The notes under the pieces were generated by a model. The model did no database searches, was not told the origin of the DNA, and worked only from the letters and a program-made list of their open reading frames with translations. Position numbers and translations under genes: made by a program. A stretch of 61,740 nucleotides of DNA from Gemmatimonadaceae bacterium (GTDB lineage Bacteria > Gemmatimonadota > Gemmatimonadetes > Gemmatimonadales > Gemmatimonadaceae): assembly GCA_044224875.1 (NCBI GenBank), contig JBGAJQ010000024.1:1-61740 (forward strand), read 5' to 3'. Shown here one piece after another: positions 30,554-47,147 of this stretch (position 1 is its first letter; every line of letters starts with the position of its first letter).

Positions 30554-31870
30554 TTAGGAGCACCGGCCGAAGAACGTTCTTGCAACCCACGCATTTCGGA
30601 GTGCGACGGTCTTGGAGGCGTACGCGCCAGCACTCGCTTGAGCGCCGAGTCCGTTCCCAACTCGCCCTCCCGAGGACATCGATCCCCCTTCACGATTGAC
30701 CGTGACTTGTGCCCCTACAGTACCGGCGCCCTACCCGAAGTTTGCTGTGAACATAGCCCCCGTCGAAGACGTGACGCTCCACCATGCGCCAGGTTGAACT
30801 ATCGGTGTGCGATTCATGATCGCGCCGGCTTCACGGCCTCCTCCCACATAGAACGGACCGACACCCACAGATGCGCTGCCCTGAACAGTAGCGAAGAGCG
30901 TCCCGTTGTTTGTATAACCACCGTACAGGTCAAGTCCGCCGAAGAGGCTTCCAATCACCGCGCCTCCTCCAACTAGCCCTCCGGCCCCAAAGTACGCTCC
31001 GACCTCAGGAGACGCAGATTCCAAGCAGGTACGTGGCAGGCTGCTGGCCGGGGGTGGCAGAGTCCCCAGCTTACCCGTCCAATAGCTTCCAGTCGGCAAC
31101 TCTGGAATGCTTCGCCCACCGGTATCGCATACCCATGCCGTTTCAATAGACTTGTACGAGAAGCCACCAAGCCATGACGTGACGGTAGTTTCAACCCAGC
31201 GGCAAGCTGGCCGGTCGTCATCGAGACCGAATGGGTCCGCCATGTTCATCGGATCCCCGCCCGCAAACAGATACCGATTCACCCCTGCACTGACGCCTAA
31301 CGGGTCTGGGCTCAGGAACCGCTTCGTCAGCGGGTCATACCACCGCGCCCGCGCGTAGTACAGGTTCACCGGCGCCCGCTCCGCCATCAGCCCCTGCCAC
31401 CCCAGCCGCATCGTGTCCGGCATCACCAACCCGACCGACCACGTGCTCGTCACGCCCCACGGATCCGACGACTTCTGCGACGCCAGCAGGGCTCCATCCG
31501 TCCCCACCAGCCCCATCACACTCCCCTGTGAATCCTGGTAGAGCACGCGCACACCACGGCCGGTGATCGAATTGGTAATGAACGCCAGCGGCCGATCCGT
31601 GCCCGGCAGGTACGCGTACTCGCCGATCCGTGTATTCAGCGCGCCATCCAGCTCCAATGCTAAGTGCCCCTGATCCCAGAGGAAGTGCCGATCCGGGGTT
31701 GGCGCCGTGCGGCTCGTCCATTTCCGCACCAGCAAGCCGAATGCGTTGTAGTCGTACCGCACAAATGCCGTGGGTGTCGTCACGCTGTCTAGGAGCCCGT
31801 CGGGGCTCCAGTGGTGGCTCGTCGTCGCCTCACCGGTGTTCTTGACGTCGCGTTAGCGTCCGCGTCCGCC
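30554..31870 (-). pseudogene. rhs: Orphan RHS cassette with tip 2, interrupted by an in-frame TAG at 30731-30733
   Basis: The RHS core is nearly identical to the other copies, with DPMNMADPFGL. The frame continues 58 sense codons past the TAG to ...FFGRCS*. The 5' remnant ADADANAT..HHWSPDGLLDSV is degenerate. Confidence 0.8.
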
Positions 31871-31986
31871 GTGAGCGTGGAACTCGGCTACAGATGAACT
31901 CCGAGGTAACTGTATGTCGGCCCTCCCGTTCGACCGTGCCCCGACTCTGGACGACGTTCTCCACTGCGTCGCCAGTGTGGGCTGTT

Positions 31987-32456
31987 TCAACTTGGGCCCT
32001 CCCGATCACCCCAATAGTCCGCCATTGCCTGCTGCTCTAAGGGGCTGCGCGCGACGCGTGCGACATACAGATGGAAGTCGCGTTCCACCTGCCCGTCCTC
32101 AAGCAGGTCGGTCCACCAATAGCAGTACTGGTGCGTCAAACCGGACTCGTCGCGCACAGCGAAACTCTTGATGCAAGGGAAAAGCGTGCGCCGGCGCACG
32201 TTACCCTCGGACAATTCCGCCCAGACATCGTCGATTCGGAGACTCCAGCGCGTTCTCCGCAGCACTAGCGCGATGAGAACGGTTCGGCGATGACTGAGTC
32301 CAATGCGCCATTCTGCCCCGAGCCCTTTTGCCCCTTGGCGAGCCTCATCGACCGATGACATTTCGTTCGTCACCCAGTGACCCGTGCGCAAGTTCAATTG
32401 CAGCTGGCAGGTCGGGTTGCGGTAGTCCCATAGAGTGATGAGATCGGACTGGTCGC

Positions 32457-32460
<4 letters not shown>
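31987..32460 (-). CDS. Hypothetical protein, putative immunity protein for the main RHS tip
   Basis: ATG 32460 overlaps the RHS stop codon (ATGA coupling). Soluble-looking, 157 aa. Confidence 0.7.
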
Positions 32461-38787
<6,327 letters not shown>

Positions 38788-38929
38788 GCCAGTACCCCTC
38801 CCCATGTTGGACTCGGCAGCTCGATCATCATCCCCCTCCCCGTTTGCCCCGTCACATACAACGCAACGCGAAGGATTGTCGCTGCCGCCCTGAATTGCAA
38901 GGGCCACTTCCCTCTTACCTTCCCCTCCG

Positions 38930-39135
38930 CCTCCCTCCACCTCTCCGCCAGGTCAATCACCACGGGAACAACCCCCGCCGGCGCCCGCCACTCGAGTTCC
39001 GTGTGCGCGACCTCCGGCCGGCTGTCCTCCGGTCGCCAGCGCTCAACAAGCCGCACGTCGATATCCGCACCCAGTACTCGGGCGTGCGCGCGCTGATAGC
39101 GTCGACGCTTGAGGCCCCGGTCGTAGAGGGCCGTG
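38930..39135 (-). pseudogene. Uma2 (DUF820) endonuclease 3' remnant
   Basis: ALYDRGLKRRRYQR / TPEYWV / DVRLVERWRPEDSRPEVAHTELEW...VIDL (with frameshifts) matches the C-terminus of the Uma2 gene at 57447..58004. Confidence 0.7.
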
Positions 39136-39238
39136 TAGCGCCCTCACCCTCATCTACCAGACCGATCCGGATGCCCGCGTCTGGTCAGAATGCGGATCGC
39201 ATCCACATCTTTGGCACAGCCGCCGACCCGGAGCACGC

Positions 39239-40345
39239 ATGAGCGCAGACTGGCAAGACCTAGGTCCCGCCGAGCAGTTCGCCAAAGCCCCAATCACCCC
39301 GGCCCTCGTTGGTCGCATCAAACTCGCCATCACCCACACGAACGGTGAGTTCGGCGCCATCAGCGGCGTGTGCAACCACGCCGGTGGCCCGTTAGGCGAG
39401 GGCACGCTGGACGGGGACTACGTGAAGTGCCCGTGGCACAACTGGAAGTACCACCGCCAGACGGGCAAAGGCGAACCAGGGTTCGAGGACGATGCCGCAC
39501 CGGCGTATCCGGTCCGTGTTGAAGCTGGCCGGTTGCTCGTCGACGTGGCCTCCGGTACCAAGCGCACGCGGGGCCACCACGAGCCGCACGCGCTCGCTCG
39601 GCGCGTGGAACGGGCGCCCGGCAGGGTGCGTGTGGCGGGAATCTCCTGTACCAACATGGACCTCGCCAATCCGCGCTATTCCACATCGGACGCGTTGCTC
39701 GACGTTGCCCTGCAACACGCCGCGAGCACGCTCGACGCCGAGACGAAGACCATTCGGCTGTCCGCGCTCAAGTTCCGGCAGTGCGAGGGCTACTACTCCA
39801 AGAGCGCCCACGCCTGCACCTGGCCCTGCTCCATCACGCAGATGGACCCGGCAGATGAAATGACCGAGGTGTACGAGGCCATCGTGCACTGGGCAGACGT
39901 GGTGTTGGTGGCCACGCCAATCCGTTGGGGCAACGCCAGTGCGTTGTACTACAAGATGGTCGAGCGGCTCAACTGCGTGCAGAACCAGGTGACCATCGCC
40001 AACCGCGTGCTCATTCGAAACAAGGTGGCGTCATTCATCATCACGGGCGGACAGGACAACGTGCAGGCCGTCGTGGGTCAGATGCTCACGTTCTTCGGCG
40101 AGATCGGATGTCAGTTCCCACAATTCCCGTTCATCGCTCACTCCCGCGGTTGGTCGGCGGAAGACATGGAGCACAACATCGACTACGTCATGAAGAGTGA
40201 TGACCTGCGACAAGGGGCGCGCGGACTGGTCGCGCGAGCCGTCGACATGGCACATCTACTGCTGGACCACGAGAAAGCGCCGCATGTGGTTGATCGCGGA
40301 GGGCGCAAGGCACACGCTCTGGCACTCGACGAGGTTCCCGGCTGA
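39239..40345 (+). CDS. Rieske [2Fe-2S] ferredoxin fused to a flavodoxin-like NAD(P)H-dependent FMN reductase
   Basis: CNHAGGPL...CPWH Rieske motif; C-terminal WADVVLVATPIRWG...YYKMVERL and NKVASFIITGGQDN. Confidence 0.85.
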   Translation: MSADWQDLGPAEQFAKAPITPALVGRIKLAITHTNGEFGAISGVCNHAGGPLGEGTLDGDYVKCPWHNWKYHRQTGKGEPGFEDDAAPAYPVRVEAGRLLVDVASGTKRTRGHHEPHALARRVERAPGRVRVAGISCTNMDLANPRYSTSDALLDVALQHAASTLDAETKTIRLSALKFRQCEGYYSKSAHACTWPCSITQMDPADEMTEVYEAIVHWADVVLVATPIRWGNASALYYKMVERLNCVQNQVTIANRVLIRNKVASFIITGGQDNVQAVVGQMLTFFGEIGCQFPQFPFIAHSRGWSAEDMEHNIDYVMKSDDLRQGARGLVARAVDMAHLLLDHEKAPHVVDRGGRKAHALALDEVPG

Positions 40346-40483
40346 ACCCGATTCAGGCGAGCGAGTCGCCGATGGATCCGTTCACGGAAGCCGACTCCCT
40401 CCAAGGCAGATTGTGAGAAAGGACGGGATTTCCGTGCCACCGTTGGGGCTGTGATTCGATCCTGACGCCGGTTATCTTACGTT

Positions 40484-40560
40484 CACGGTGCACGTCGAAC
40501 GCGCACTGTGTCACCGGTGAAGACACGACGATAGGCCCGGCTTCGGCTGGGCCTTTTTTG
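40484..40560 (+). ncRNA. Candidate small structured RNA (two hairpins plus an intrinsic terminator)
   Basis: GTGCACGT-cga-ACGCGCAC and GTGTC-accggtgaa-GACAC stems, then a terminator. A possible -10 element TATCTT lies at 40473. No known family recognised. Confidence 0.3.
40533..40559 (+). terminator. Rho-independent terminator
   Basis: AGGCCCGGC-TTCG-GCTGGGCCT stem-loop followed by a T run. Confidence 0.85.
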
Positions 40561-40611
40561 TTGAACTCGTCCTTCGTCCTTGACGCGACACTACTCGCTC
40601 TTGGAGGGCTG

Positions 40612-41016
40612 ATGCCCAGGAAGCTTACGGACGGATTCGAGTTCACGGACCTGGGACGCACCTTCACCTGCACCACCGAGGCGTGCCGTGCCGACAGCGC
40701 CGACACGTGGTGGTGGTTTCGCGTCTCCAGCGAACGGCAGCCGCAACGCTTCGCACCGTTCCGGGCCGCACCCACGGACACCCAGGAAAATGTCCGGGAG
40801 CGCGTGGTGCGTTACTACGATGATCTACTGGTGCAGCGTGCCGCCCCGGTGGTGAGTCGATGGGGCAACCGGGGCCGAGGACGCCCAGCTGCCGCCACGC
40901 CCCCCGTGGTTGCAGCTGCCGATACGCCGCCGGTCCCGCAGGTCATCGATGGACCACTCGTCATGCTAGGCGATGGCGACAACGGGGCCTCCAGTGAGCC
41001 GGTCGCCCTGCTCTGA
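40612..41016 (+). CDS. Hypothetical protein
   Basis: GGAGG RBS before ATG 40612. Protein-like core FEFTDLGRTFTC...WWWFRVS...FAPFRAAPTDT. Confidence 0.65.
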   Translation: MPRKLTDGFEFTDLGRTFTCTTEACRADSADTWWWFRVSSERQPQRFAPFRAAPTDTQENVRERVVRYYDDLLVQRAAPVVSRWGNRGRGRPAAATPPVVAAADTPPVPQVIDGPLVMLGDGDNGASSEPVALL

Positions 41017-41132
41017 TCGCCGACGCACACCGCGGCCCCTCGCTCCGTCGGAGGCCGCAGCGCCGACTCTCCTTCGTGAGCTGGCGACGAACTACCGCTG
41101 GCGCCGCGTCACGCGCGCCCAAGGATGATGCT

Positions 41133-41582
41133 ATGACTCGCACACTCCCGGACGCACGCGGCGCCCTCGTCACCGCGATTGAACATGACACGGCAGGCAT
41201 GGATCGCCGCCAGCACGTCGCGGTGCTCGACGCCTTGATTGCCTGGGCCACCGCTCGCCCCCAGGACCTCGTCTTTCGCTCCTCGGATGGCGTGGGGCCG
41301 GTGATCAGCTTTGAACACAAGAAGCGCAATGTCGTCTTCTGGGCGATCCGCCTTACGCGTGGTGTCGGTGCCCGCCTCGAGATTTATCCCCCGACGGGAC
41401 GCGCGCTCGCCGATGCACAGCGACTCATGGTCAGGGAAACGATCAACGCCCACACACGCGACGTGTTGGCGGAAGGCGATCGTCTGCGCATTTCCTTTGG
41501 CGCCCTCAAGAACGCGAACGCCCGCGCGGCGGTGCTCGACATGCTGAACCTGCTCCTCGCTGAACCAGCACCGGTGAGCTAA
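41133..41582 (+). CDS. Hypothetical protein
   Basis: AAGGA RBS before ATG 41133 and GC-rich third codon positions. Confidence 0.6.
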   Translation: MTRTLPDARGALVTAIEHDTAGMDRRQHVAVLDALIAWATARPQDLVFRSSDGVGPVISFEHKKRNVVFWAIRLTRGVGARLEIYPPTGRALADAQRLMVRETINAHTRDVLAEGDRLRISFGALKNANARAAVLDMLNLLLAEPAPVS

Positions 41583-41664
41583 CACCCGCATGGCCAACGC
41601 GAACACCCTGTTGTGCGAGGACCTCAGGACGCATCTTTTGCCCTGAACTCTCTCCGAGGTCCTC

Positions 41665-43752
41665 GTGCTGGTCCGCATCCGACTCGTATCCGCGTCATCG
41701 ATCGCCGCACTGCTCCTCGCCCTGCCATTGGCAGGACAAGGCCGCCCCATGCGGGTCGACGACATCGCCGATCTCAGGAACGTCGGCACCGTCGCTATCT
41801 CGCCTAACGGCAAGTCAATCCTGTACACGGTGTCGGCCTGGGAACATCCGGCCGCCAAGGACACCAGCAAGGGCGACAAGCACGACATGCGGTCCCACGT
41901 ATGGATGGTGGCCGCGAGTGGTGGCGATGCGCGCCAGCTGACCTTTGCCGAGCGTGGGGAAAGTGGCGCGCAGTGGTCGCCGGACGGCAACTGGATCTCC
42001 TTCGTCTCAGCGCGCGGCACGGCAACGGGTGAGGACGGACCGCGCCCGCAGATCTGGATCCTGCCCACCGCCGGCGGCGAGGCGTGGCAGCTGACGAGCG
42101 CGCGCGACGGCGTCTCTGGCTACACCTGGTCGCCGGATGGGTCGCGCATTGCCTACCTCACGACCGATTCGCTCTCTCGCGAAGCGGAAGCAAAGGTGCG
42201 GCGCCGCGACGATCCGAAGCCATTCGAAGAAGACATGCGCATGAGCCATGCGTGGGTGATCGACGTGGGCACCAAGCAGGCCACGAAGGTCACGGACGGC
42301 GCCTACACCGTCCGTGGAGCTCCCACCTGGTCACCCGACGGAACCCGTCTGGCCGTGCTCACCTCCCCCACCACGCTCATCCGTGACGAGCGTCGTGACG
42401 CCTGGATTGTCACTGTCGCCACCAAGGCTGCCGAACGCGTCGAACCGGGAACGAACGTGACGGTGCAGAGCACTCCCATCTGGTCGCCAGACGGACGCTC
42501 CCTCGCGTACTCGGCCCTCATCGAGACGTTCAAGCCTAACGCGGACGGCATTTACCCGCGCTCACTGCGCAATGCCAACCTGTACACGTACGACATCAGC
42601 ACCAAGGCACCGCGAGACCGCTCAAGCGCCCAGTTCGATAACTCGGTGGGGCAGATGAAGTGGTCTGCCGTTGGCTCGCGGCTCTACATCTCGGCGCAGG
42701 ACCGCGTCTTTGGATCGATCTTCACTTATGACCTCAGCGCCGGCACGTACCGCCAGCTGACGCACGAACTGTTGGTCCGCATGCCCTCATTCTCGAAGGA
42801 CGAGTCGGTGGTGGCGTTCGCCATGGACTCCCCCAAGGCACCGGCCGAGGTCTACGTCAGCGACCCCAGCTTCGCCAGCCAGCGCAAGCTCACGAACACC
42901 AATCCCCAGCTGGCGTCTTTGGCGTTAGGCGAAAGCGAAGTGATCCAATGGAAGAGCCCCGATGGCTGGCCGGTGGAAGGCGTGCTGTTGAAGCCGGTGG
43001 GGTATCAACCGGGGCAGCGCGTGCCGCTCCTCGTCGACATCCACGGCGGCCCAACGGGCGCTCACTCCATGGGATTCAAGGCCAACTGGGGAACCCCGGG
43101 ACAGATCTACGCCGGCAACGGATGGGCAGTGCTCTATCCCAACCCGCGTGGCAGCACCGGGTACGGCGAGAAGTTCATGCGTGGCAACATCAAGGACTGG
43201 GGCGGTGGCGACTACCGCGACATCATGGCGGGTGTGGATGAACTCGTGAAGCGTGGCATCGCCGACTCGTCGCGCCTGGCGGTCACCGGTTGGAGCTACG
43301 GCGGCTACATGACCGGGTGGGTCGTCTCACAGACTGGCCGTTTCAAGGCAGCGATGATGGGCGCTGGCCTGGTGGACATGGTGAGCATGTACGGCACCAC
43401 GGACATCCCGGGCTACATCGGCACCTTCTACGATGGCATGCCGCAGCTGGACGGAACGCTCACCAACAAGTCGCTGGAGTTCTATCGTCAACGCTCGGCG
43501 ATCACGTACGCAGACCACGTGACCACGCCGCTCCTAATGTTGCATGGTGGCAGTGACGAACGCGTGCCGATTGGCCAGCCGATGGAATACTTCCGCAACC
43601 TGAAGGATCGCGGGAAGACGGTGGAGCTCGTGTTCTATCCGCGCGAGGGACATGGGCTGGGTGAGTACTATCACCAGCTGGACAAGGTGCGCCGCGAGTA
43701 CGCGTGGATCACCAAGTACACGTTAGGCGAGAAGCCGAAGGTCATGCAGTAG
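41665..43752 (+). CDS. S9 family peptidase (acylaminoacyl/dipeptidyl peptidase) with beta-propeller
   Basis: Signal peptide; WSPDG repeats; IHGGP, PNPRGSTGYG, GWSYGG (Ser), GGSDERVP (Asp), PREGHG (His). Confidence 0.92.
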   Translation: MLVRIRLVSASSIAALLLALPLAGQGRPMRVDDIADLRNVGTVAISPNGKSILYTVSAWEHPAAKDTSKGDKHDMRSHVWMVAASGGDARQLTFAERGESGAQWSPDGNWISFVSARGTATGEDGPRPQIWILPTAGGEAWQLTSARDGVSGYTWSPDGSRIAYLTTDSLSREAEAKVRRRDDPKPFEEDMRMSHAWVIDVGTKQATKVTDGAYTVRGAPTWSPDGTRLAVLTSPTTLIRDERRDAWIVTVATKAAERVEPGTNVTVQSTPIWSPDGRSLAYSALIETFKPNADGIYPRSLRNANLYTYDISTKAPRDRSSAQFDNSVGQMKWSAVGSRLYISAQDRVFGSIFTYDLSAGTYRQLTHELLVRMPSFSKDESVVAFAMDSPKAPAEVYVSDPSFASQRKLTNTNPQLASLALGESEVIQWKSPDGWPVEGVLLKPVGYQPGQRVPLLVDIHGGPTGAHSMGFKANWGTPGQIYAGNGWAVLYPNPRGSTGYGEKFMRGNIKDWGGGDYRDIMAGVDELVKRGIADSSRLAVTGWSYGGYMTGWVVSQTGRFKAAMMGAGLVDMVSMYGTTDIPGYIGTFYDGMPQLDGTLTNKSLEFYRQRSAITYADHVTTPLLMLHGGSDERVPIGQPMEYFRNLKDRGKTVELVFYPREGHGLGEYYHQLDKVRREYAWITKYTLGEKPKVMQ

Positions 43753-43867
43753 GCTTTCACCGGTCCAGTCGTTTATATCTGCACGCCGAAGGCGAGGTGG
43801 TAGGCAATCTTGCCTTCGGCGTGATTGCGTCAGGCGTGACGCACCTGAACGTGGTGCAGTCGCCGCG

Positions 43868-44725
43868 TCAGGCGGCGAAGGCCTGCTCGCAGCCCGCAAT
43901 GGCCGCGTGGGCAAACTCGAGCACGCGGTCGCCACCGTCGGCGGTCGCGAACTCTGAAGCGGTCAACACCGCACCAGTCCACTCGGTGGTGTGCCAGCGA
44001 CCAGATGGCAACGCCCCCAACTTTTCCTTCGGAGGATACGGAAACGGACCGATGTACACGTAGGGCTCCGCGTAGTAGCCGTCGCCGGGAGACACGCCAA
44101 CGCCGATCGTTCGGCGTGCACCGTCCAGCGCGGCAGGGAGTGTCAGCAGCGTCGCCAGGTCGAAGTGATGCGGCCAGCAGCGAGGAGCACTGGCCTCCTT
44201 CCGCTCCGACGCGATCCGGCTCGTCAGAAGCCACGCATCGTGAAAGTACCGGGACAACTCGGCCAGGTGATCGAGCGGCGCGTCGAATGGAGCACCGTCG
44301 GCCACCGGATGATGCGGAATCGCGTAGTGCTTGCGCTGGGTCAGGCGATCGGGATCGAACCCGGCCGCGCCCAGCGCGTCGCGCATCCACAAGTCTCCAA
44401 TGGCCACCGCGCGCCCGAGAAGGCTCATGGAGTCGCGCACCTCGTCAGTTGCCCCGAGCGTGAGAAGCGAGAGGTCAGACACCCGGATGGCGAAACGAAT
44501 GGGCGACGTTGCCCCCACCCCCAGCGCGTGGCCCGCCAGCGCCCCGGGCCCTAGGAGCCACTCCAGGTTGGTGTGACTGTCGTCCGGCTGGGCGGGCAGG
44601 TAGGAGATGCCGGCCGCGACGACGAGTTGTGCGGCGTGGTGCAGTTGAAGGCGGGCGGCGACGAGTGCTGGGGGACTGACGACGCCTGTTGTCATCCATG
44701 GTGTTGTCACGGTCGTGTCTGGCAT
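43868..44725 (-). CDS. Hypothetical protein (DUF5996-like)
   Basis: LHHAAQLV, DDSHTNL, CWPHHFDLA, GVSPGDGYYAEPYVYIGP and WHT.EW.GA motifs. Confidence 0.7.
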   Translation of the reverse strand: MPDTTVTTPWMTTGVVSPPALVAARLQLHHAAQLVVAAGISYLPAQPDDSHTNLEWLLGPGALAGHALGVGATSPIRFAIRVSDLSLLTLGATDEVRDSMSLLGRAVAIGDLWMRDALGAAGFDPDRLTQRKHYAIPHHPVADGAPFDAPLDHLAELSRYFHDAWLLTSRIASERKEASAPRCWPHHFDLATLLTLPAALDGARRTIGVGVSPGDGYYAEPYVYIGPFPYPPKEKLGALPSGRWHTTEWTGAVLTASEFATADGGDRVLEFAHAAIAGCEQAFAA

Positions 44726-44824
44726 GGGACCCTGCGCGTAGCGGTTCGGTAACTACGTGTTCGTTCTGGCGCGTAAAAGTCCAGACTTCCGGGTTCGGTT
44801 CCCGTTGGAACCCTTTTCCGTCTT

Positions 44825-46174
44825 TTGGAATTACTGCTCCTACGTCACTTGGCCCCCGCCGGCGGGACCGCGCCTTCGCGTTCTGCCTTCGTCGAATCTC
44901 TCGTCGCGCTCCTGGATGAAGCGCGCTCGCGCACCTTGGCCCTGGTCGCGCCGCTTTCCGACGAAGACCTCCGCATCCAACATGATCCGTTGATGAGCCC
45001 CATCCTGTGGGACCTGGGGCACATCGCTCACTTCGAAGAATTGTGGTTGACACAGAACCTGGACGGGGAGATTCGGTTCTCCGAGATGCCAGGTATGTAC
45101 AACCCGTTCGAGCACCCTCGGCGCGTTCGTGGCGCACTCGAGTATCCATCGTTGGGCGAATGCGAGCGGCTGATGGGAGAGATTCGCCATCGCGTCATGG
45201 ACAAGCTGGACACGCTCGACTGGACGGGCACATCGCCACTGCTACGTGCCGGCTACGTGGTACACATGGTCCTGCAGCACGAGTACCAGCACAACGAGAC
45301 GATCCTCCAGACGTTGCAGCTGAAGCGCGGTACGCCCTACCCATCCAGTACGCGTCGGCAGCTTCCCTCAGCCGCGATCCGCGCCACCGATGGCATGGTC
45401 GCCTTTCGAGGCGGTGAAGTGACGATCGGCACGAGTGACCGACGGGTGGCGTACGACAACGAGCGACCGCGCTTTCGAATGGTCGTGCGCCCCTTTCATA
45501 TAGATGTCGCGCCCGTATCCAACAGCGACTACCTCCGCTTCATTCGCGACGGCGGCTATCGGCGTCGCGAGCTGTGGACCCCCGACGGCTGGGCGTGGGT
45601 TGAAGCTGAGCAAGCCGTGGCGCCGAAGTACTGGGTGGAGCACTCCGATGGTTGGTACGCGCGCACCATGGATCGCTTTGGTGCGGTGGACGTCGATCAT
45701 CCCGTGTGTCACGTCTCGTATCACGAAGCGACGGCGTATGCCAAGTGGGCCGGCAAGCGCTTGCCGACCGAAATCGAGTGGGAAGTGGCAGCGTCCTGGG
45801 ACCCGGCATCCGGACGCGCGCGAGATTATCCCTGGGGATCGGAAGCTCCAACGCCGGAACGGGCGAACATCGACCAGCTGGGCTTTGGCACGAGCCCCAT
45901 CGGGGCCTATGCCGAAAACCTCTCCGCGTTAGGCTGCTTGGACATGATCGGCAACGTGTGGGAGTGGACGTCGAGTGACTTCGACGGCTGGCCCGGCTAT
46001 CAGTCGTTCCCGTATCCCGAGTATTCCGAGGTGTTCTTCGGCTCTGAGTACAAGGTGCTGCGCGGGGGATCGTGGGCCACTCGCTCCGGCGCCATCCGCA
46101 ACACGTTTCGCAATTGGGATTATCCCATCCGCCGACAGATCTTCAGTGGCTTCCGGTGCGCCCGCGATGACTAG
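44825..46174 (+). CDS. egtB: Ergothioneine biosynthesis sulfoxide synthase EgtB
   Basis: QHDPLMSPILWDLGHIAHFEELW, QHEYQHNETILQ (Fe ligands), RLPTEIEWE, GNVWEWT, RGGSW, FRNWDYPIRRQIFSGFRCA. Confidence 0.92.
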   Translation: MELLLLRHLAPAGGTAPSRSAFVESLVALLDEARSRTLALVAPLSDEDLRIQHDPLMSPILWDLGHIAHFEELWLTQNLDGEIRFSEMPGMYNPFEHPRRVRGALEYPSLGECERLMGEIRHRVMDKLDTLDWTGTSPLLRAGYVVHMVLQHEYQHNETILQTLQLKRGTPYPSSTRRQLPSAAIRATDGMVAFRGGEVTIGTSDRRVAYDNERPRFRMVVRPFHIDVAPVSNSDYLRFIRDGGYRRRELWTPDGWAWVEAEQAVAPKYWVEHSDGWYARTMDRFGAVDVDHPVCHVSYHEATAYAKWAGKRLPTEIEWEVAASWDPASGRARDYPWGSEAPTPERANIDQLGFGTSPIGAYAENLSALGCLDMIGNVWEWTSSDFDGWPGYQSFPYPEYSEVFFGSEYKVLRGGSWATRSGAIRNTFRNWDYPIRRQIFSGFRCARDD

Positions 46175-47147
46175 CATCCTGCCCCCACTCCCCCTGGCGA
46201 CGCCGCATGACGTCGTCCTTGCCGACGTCCGCACCGGACTGGCTCGGTCGCCGAAGGAAGTGCCGCCCAAATACTTCTACGATCGCGTGGGTTCCGAACT
46301 GTTCGAGGAGATCACACGCCTCCCCGAGTACTATCTCACACGCGCAGAACGGCGGTTGTTAGCCGCGTGGATGCCACCGCTCATGCAGGAGCTGCGGCCC
46401 GCGACATTGGTGGAGCTGGGCGCGGGAAGTGGCGAAAAGACGCGCATCATCCTGCGCGCCATGCACCTGGCCCGTGGATCGTGCACCTATGTGCCGTTGG
46501 ACGTGAGCGCCGAGTTCCTCGACGACGCGGCACGCCGGCTGCGCGACGAATTCCCGTGGCTGGACGTTGAGCCGGTCGTGGCCGACTTCACGGTGGAGCT
46601 GCCGGTGCCAGCGAACCCTGCCGGCCGATCTCTCTTCGCCTTCCTCGGGAGCACAATCGGCAACTTCACCACGCGTGATGCCACTCGTCTGTTGCGCGCA
46701 GTGCGACGTGCCATGCGTCCCGACGACCGACTGCTGTTGGGCGCCGACCTCAATACCAAGGACGTTCGGCGGATCGAGGCCGCGTACGACGATGCAGCGG
46801 GCGTGACGGCAGAGTTCAACCGCAACATGCTGCGCGTCTTGAATCGCGAGCTGGGCGCCGACTTCGCTGCCGATGCCTTTCAACACCGCGCCTTCTACTC
46901 CCCGGCACAGCACCGTGTGGAAATGCACCTGGTGGCCAAAGGGGACCAGGAAGTCACGATTCCCGGAATGGGCGTCGTATCGGTGAAGAATGGCGAGTCC
47001 ATACGCACGGAGATTTGCAACAAGTACGATCGCGCCACGCTGGAATCCATGCTCGCCGCGGCGGACTTGCGCGTGGCCACCATGCGGGTTGATGCTCAAG
47101 ACCAGTATGCGTTGTTGCTGGTTGAACCCGCGTCCGTGAGCGGATGA
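46167..47147 (+). CDS. egtD: L-histidine N(alpha)-methyltransferase EgtD
   Basis: PKYFYD..GSELFEEITRLPEYYLTRAE, VELGAGSGEKT, FLGSTIGNF, AYDDAAGVTAEFNRNML, ESIRTEI. ATG 46167 overlaps the egtB stop. Confidence 0.93.
   Translation: MTSILPPLPLATPHDVVLADVRTGLARSPKEVPPKYFYDRVGSELFEEITRLPEYYLTRAERRLLAAWMPPLMQELRPATLVELGAGSGEKTRIILRAMHLARGSCTYVPLDVSAEFLDDAARRLRDEFPWLDVEPVVADFTVELPVPANPAGRSLFAFLGSTIGNFTTRDATRLLRAVRRAMRPDDRLLLGADLNTKDVRRIEAAYDDAAGVTAEFNRNMLRVLNRELGADFAADAFQHRAFYSPAQHRVEMHLVAKGDQEVTIPGMGVVSVKNGESIRTEICNKYDRATLESMLAAADLRVATMRVDAQDQYALLLVEPASVSG

Noticed and set aside
30731..30733. Stop-codon reassignment or pyrrolysine readthrough of TAG
   Set aside because: TAG terminates many conserved genes here (coxB, ctaD, ctaE, S9 peptidase), and no pyl genes are seen.
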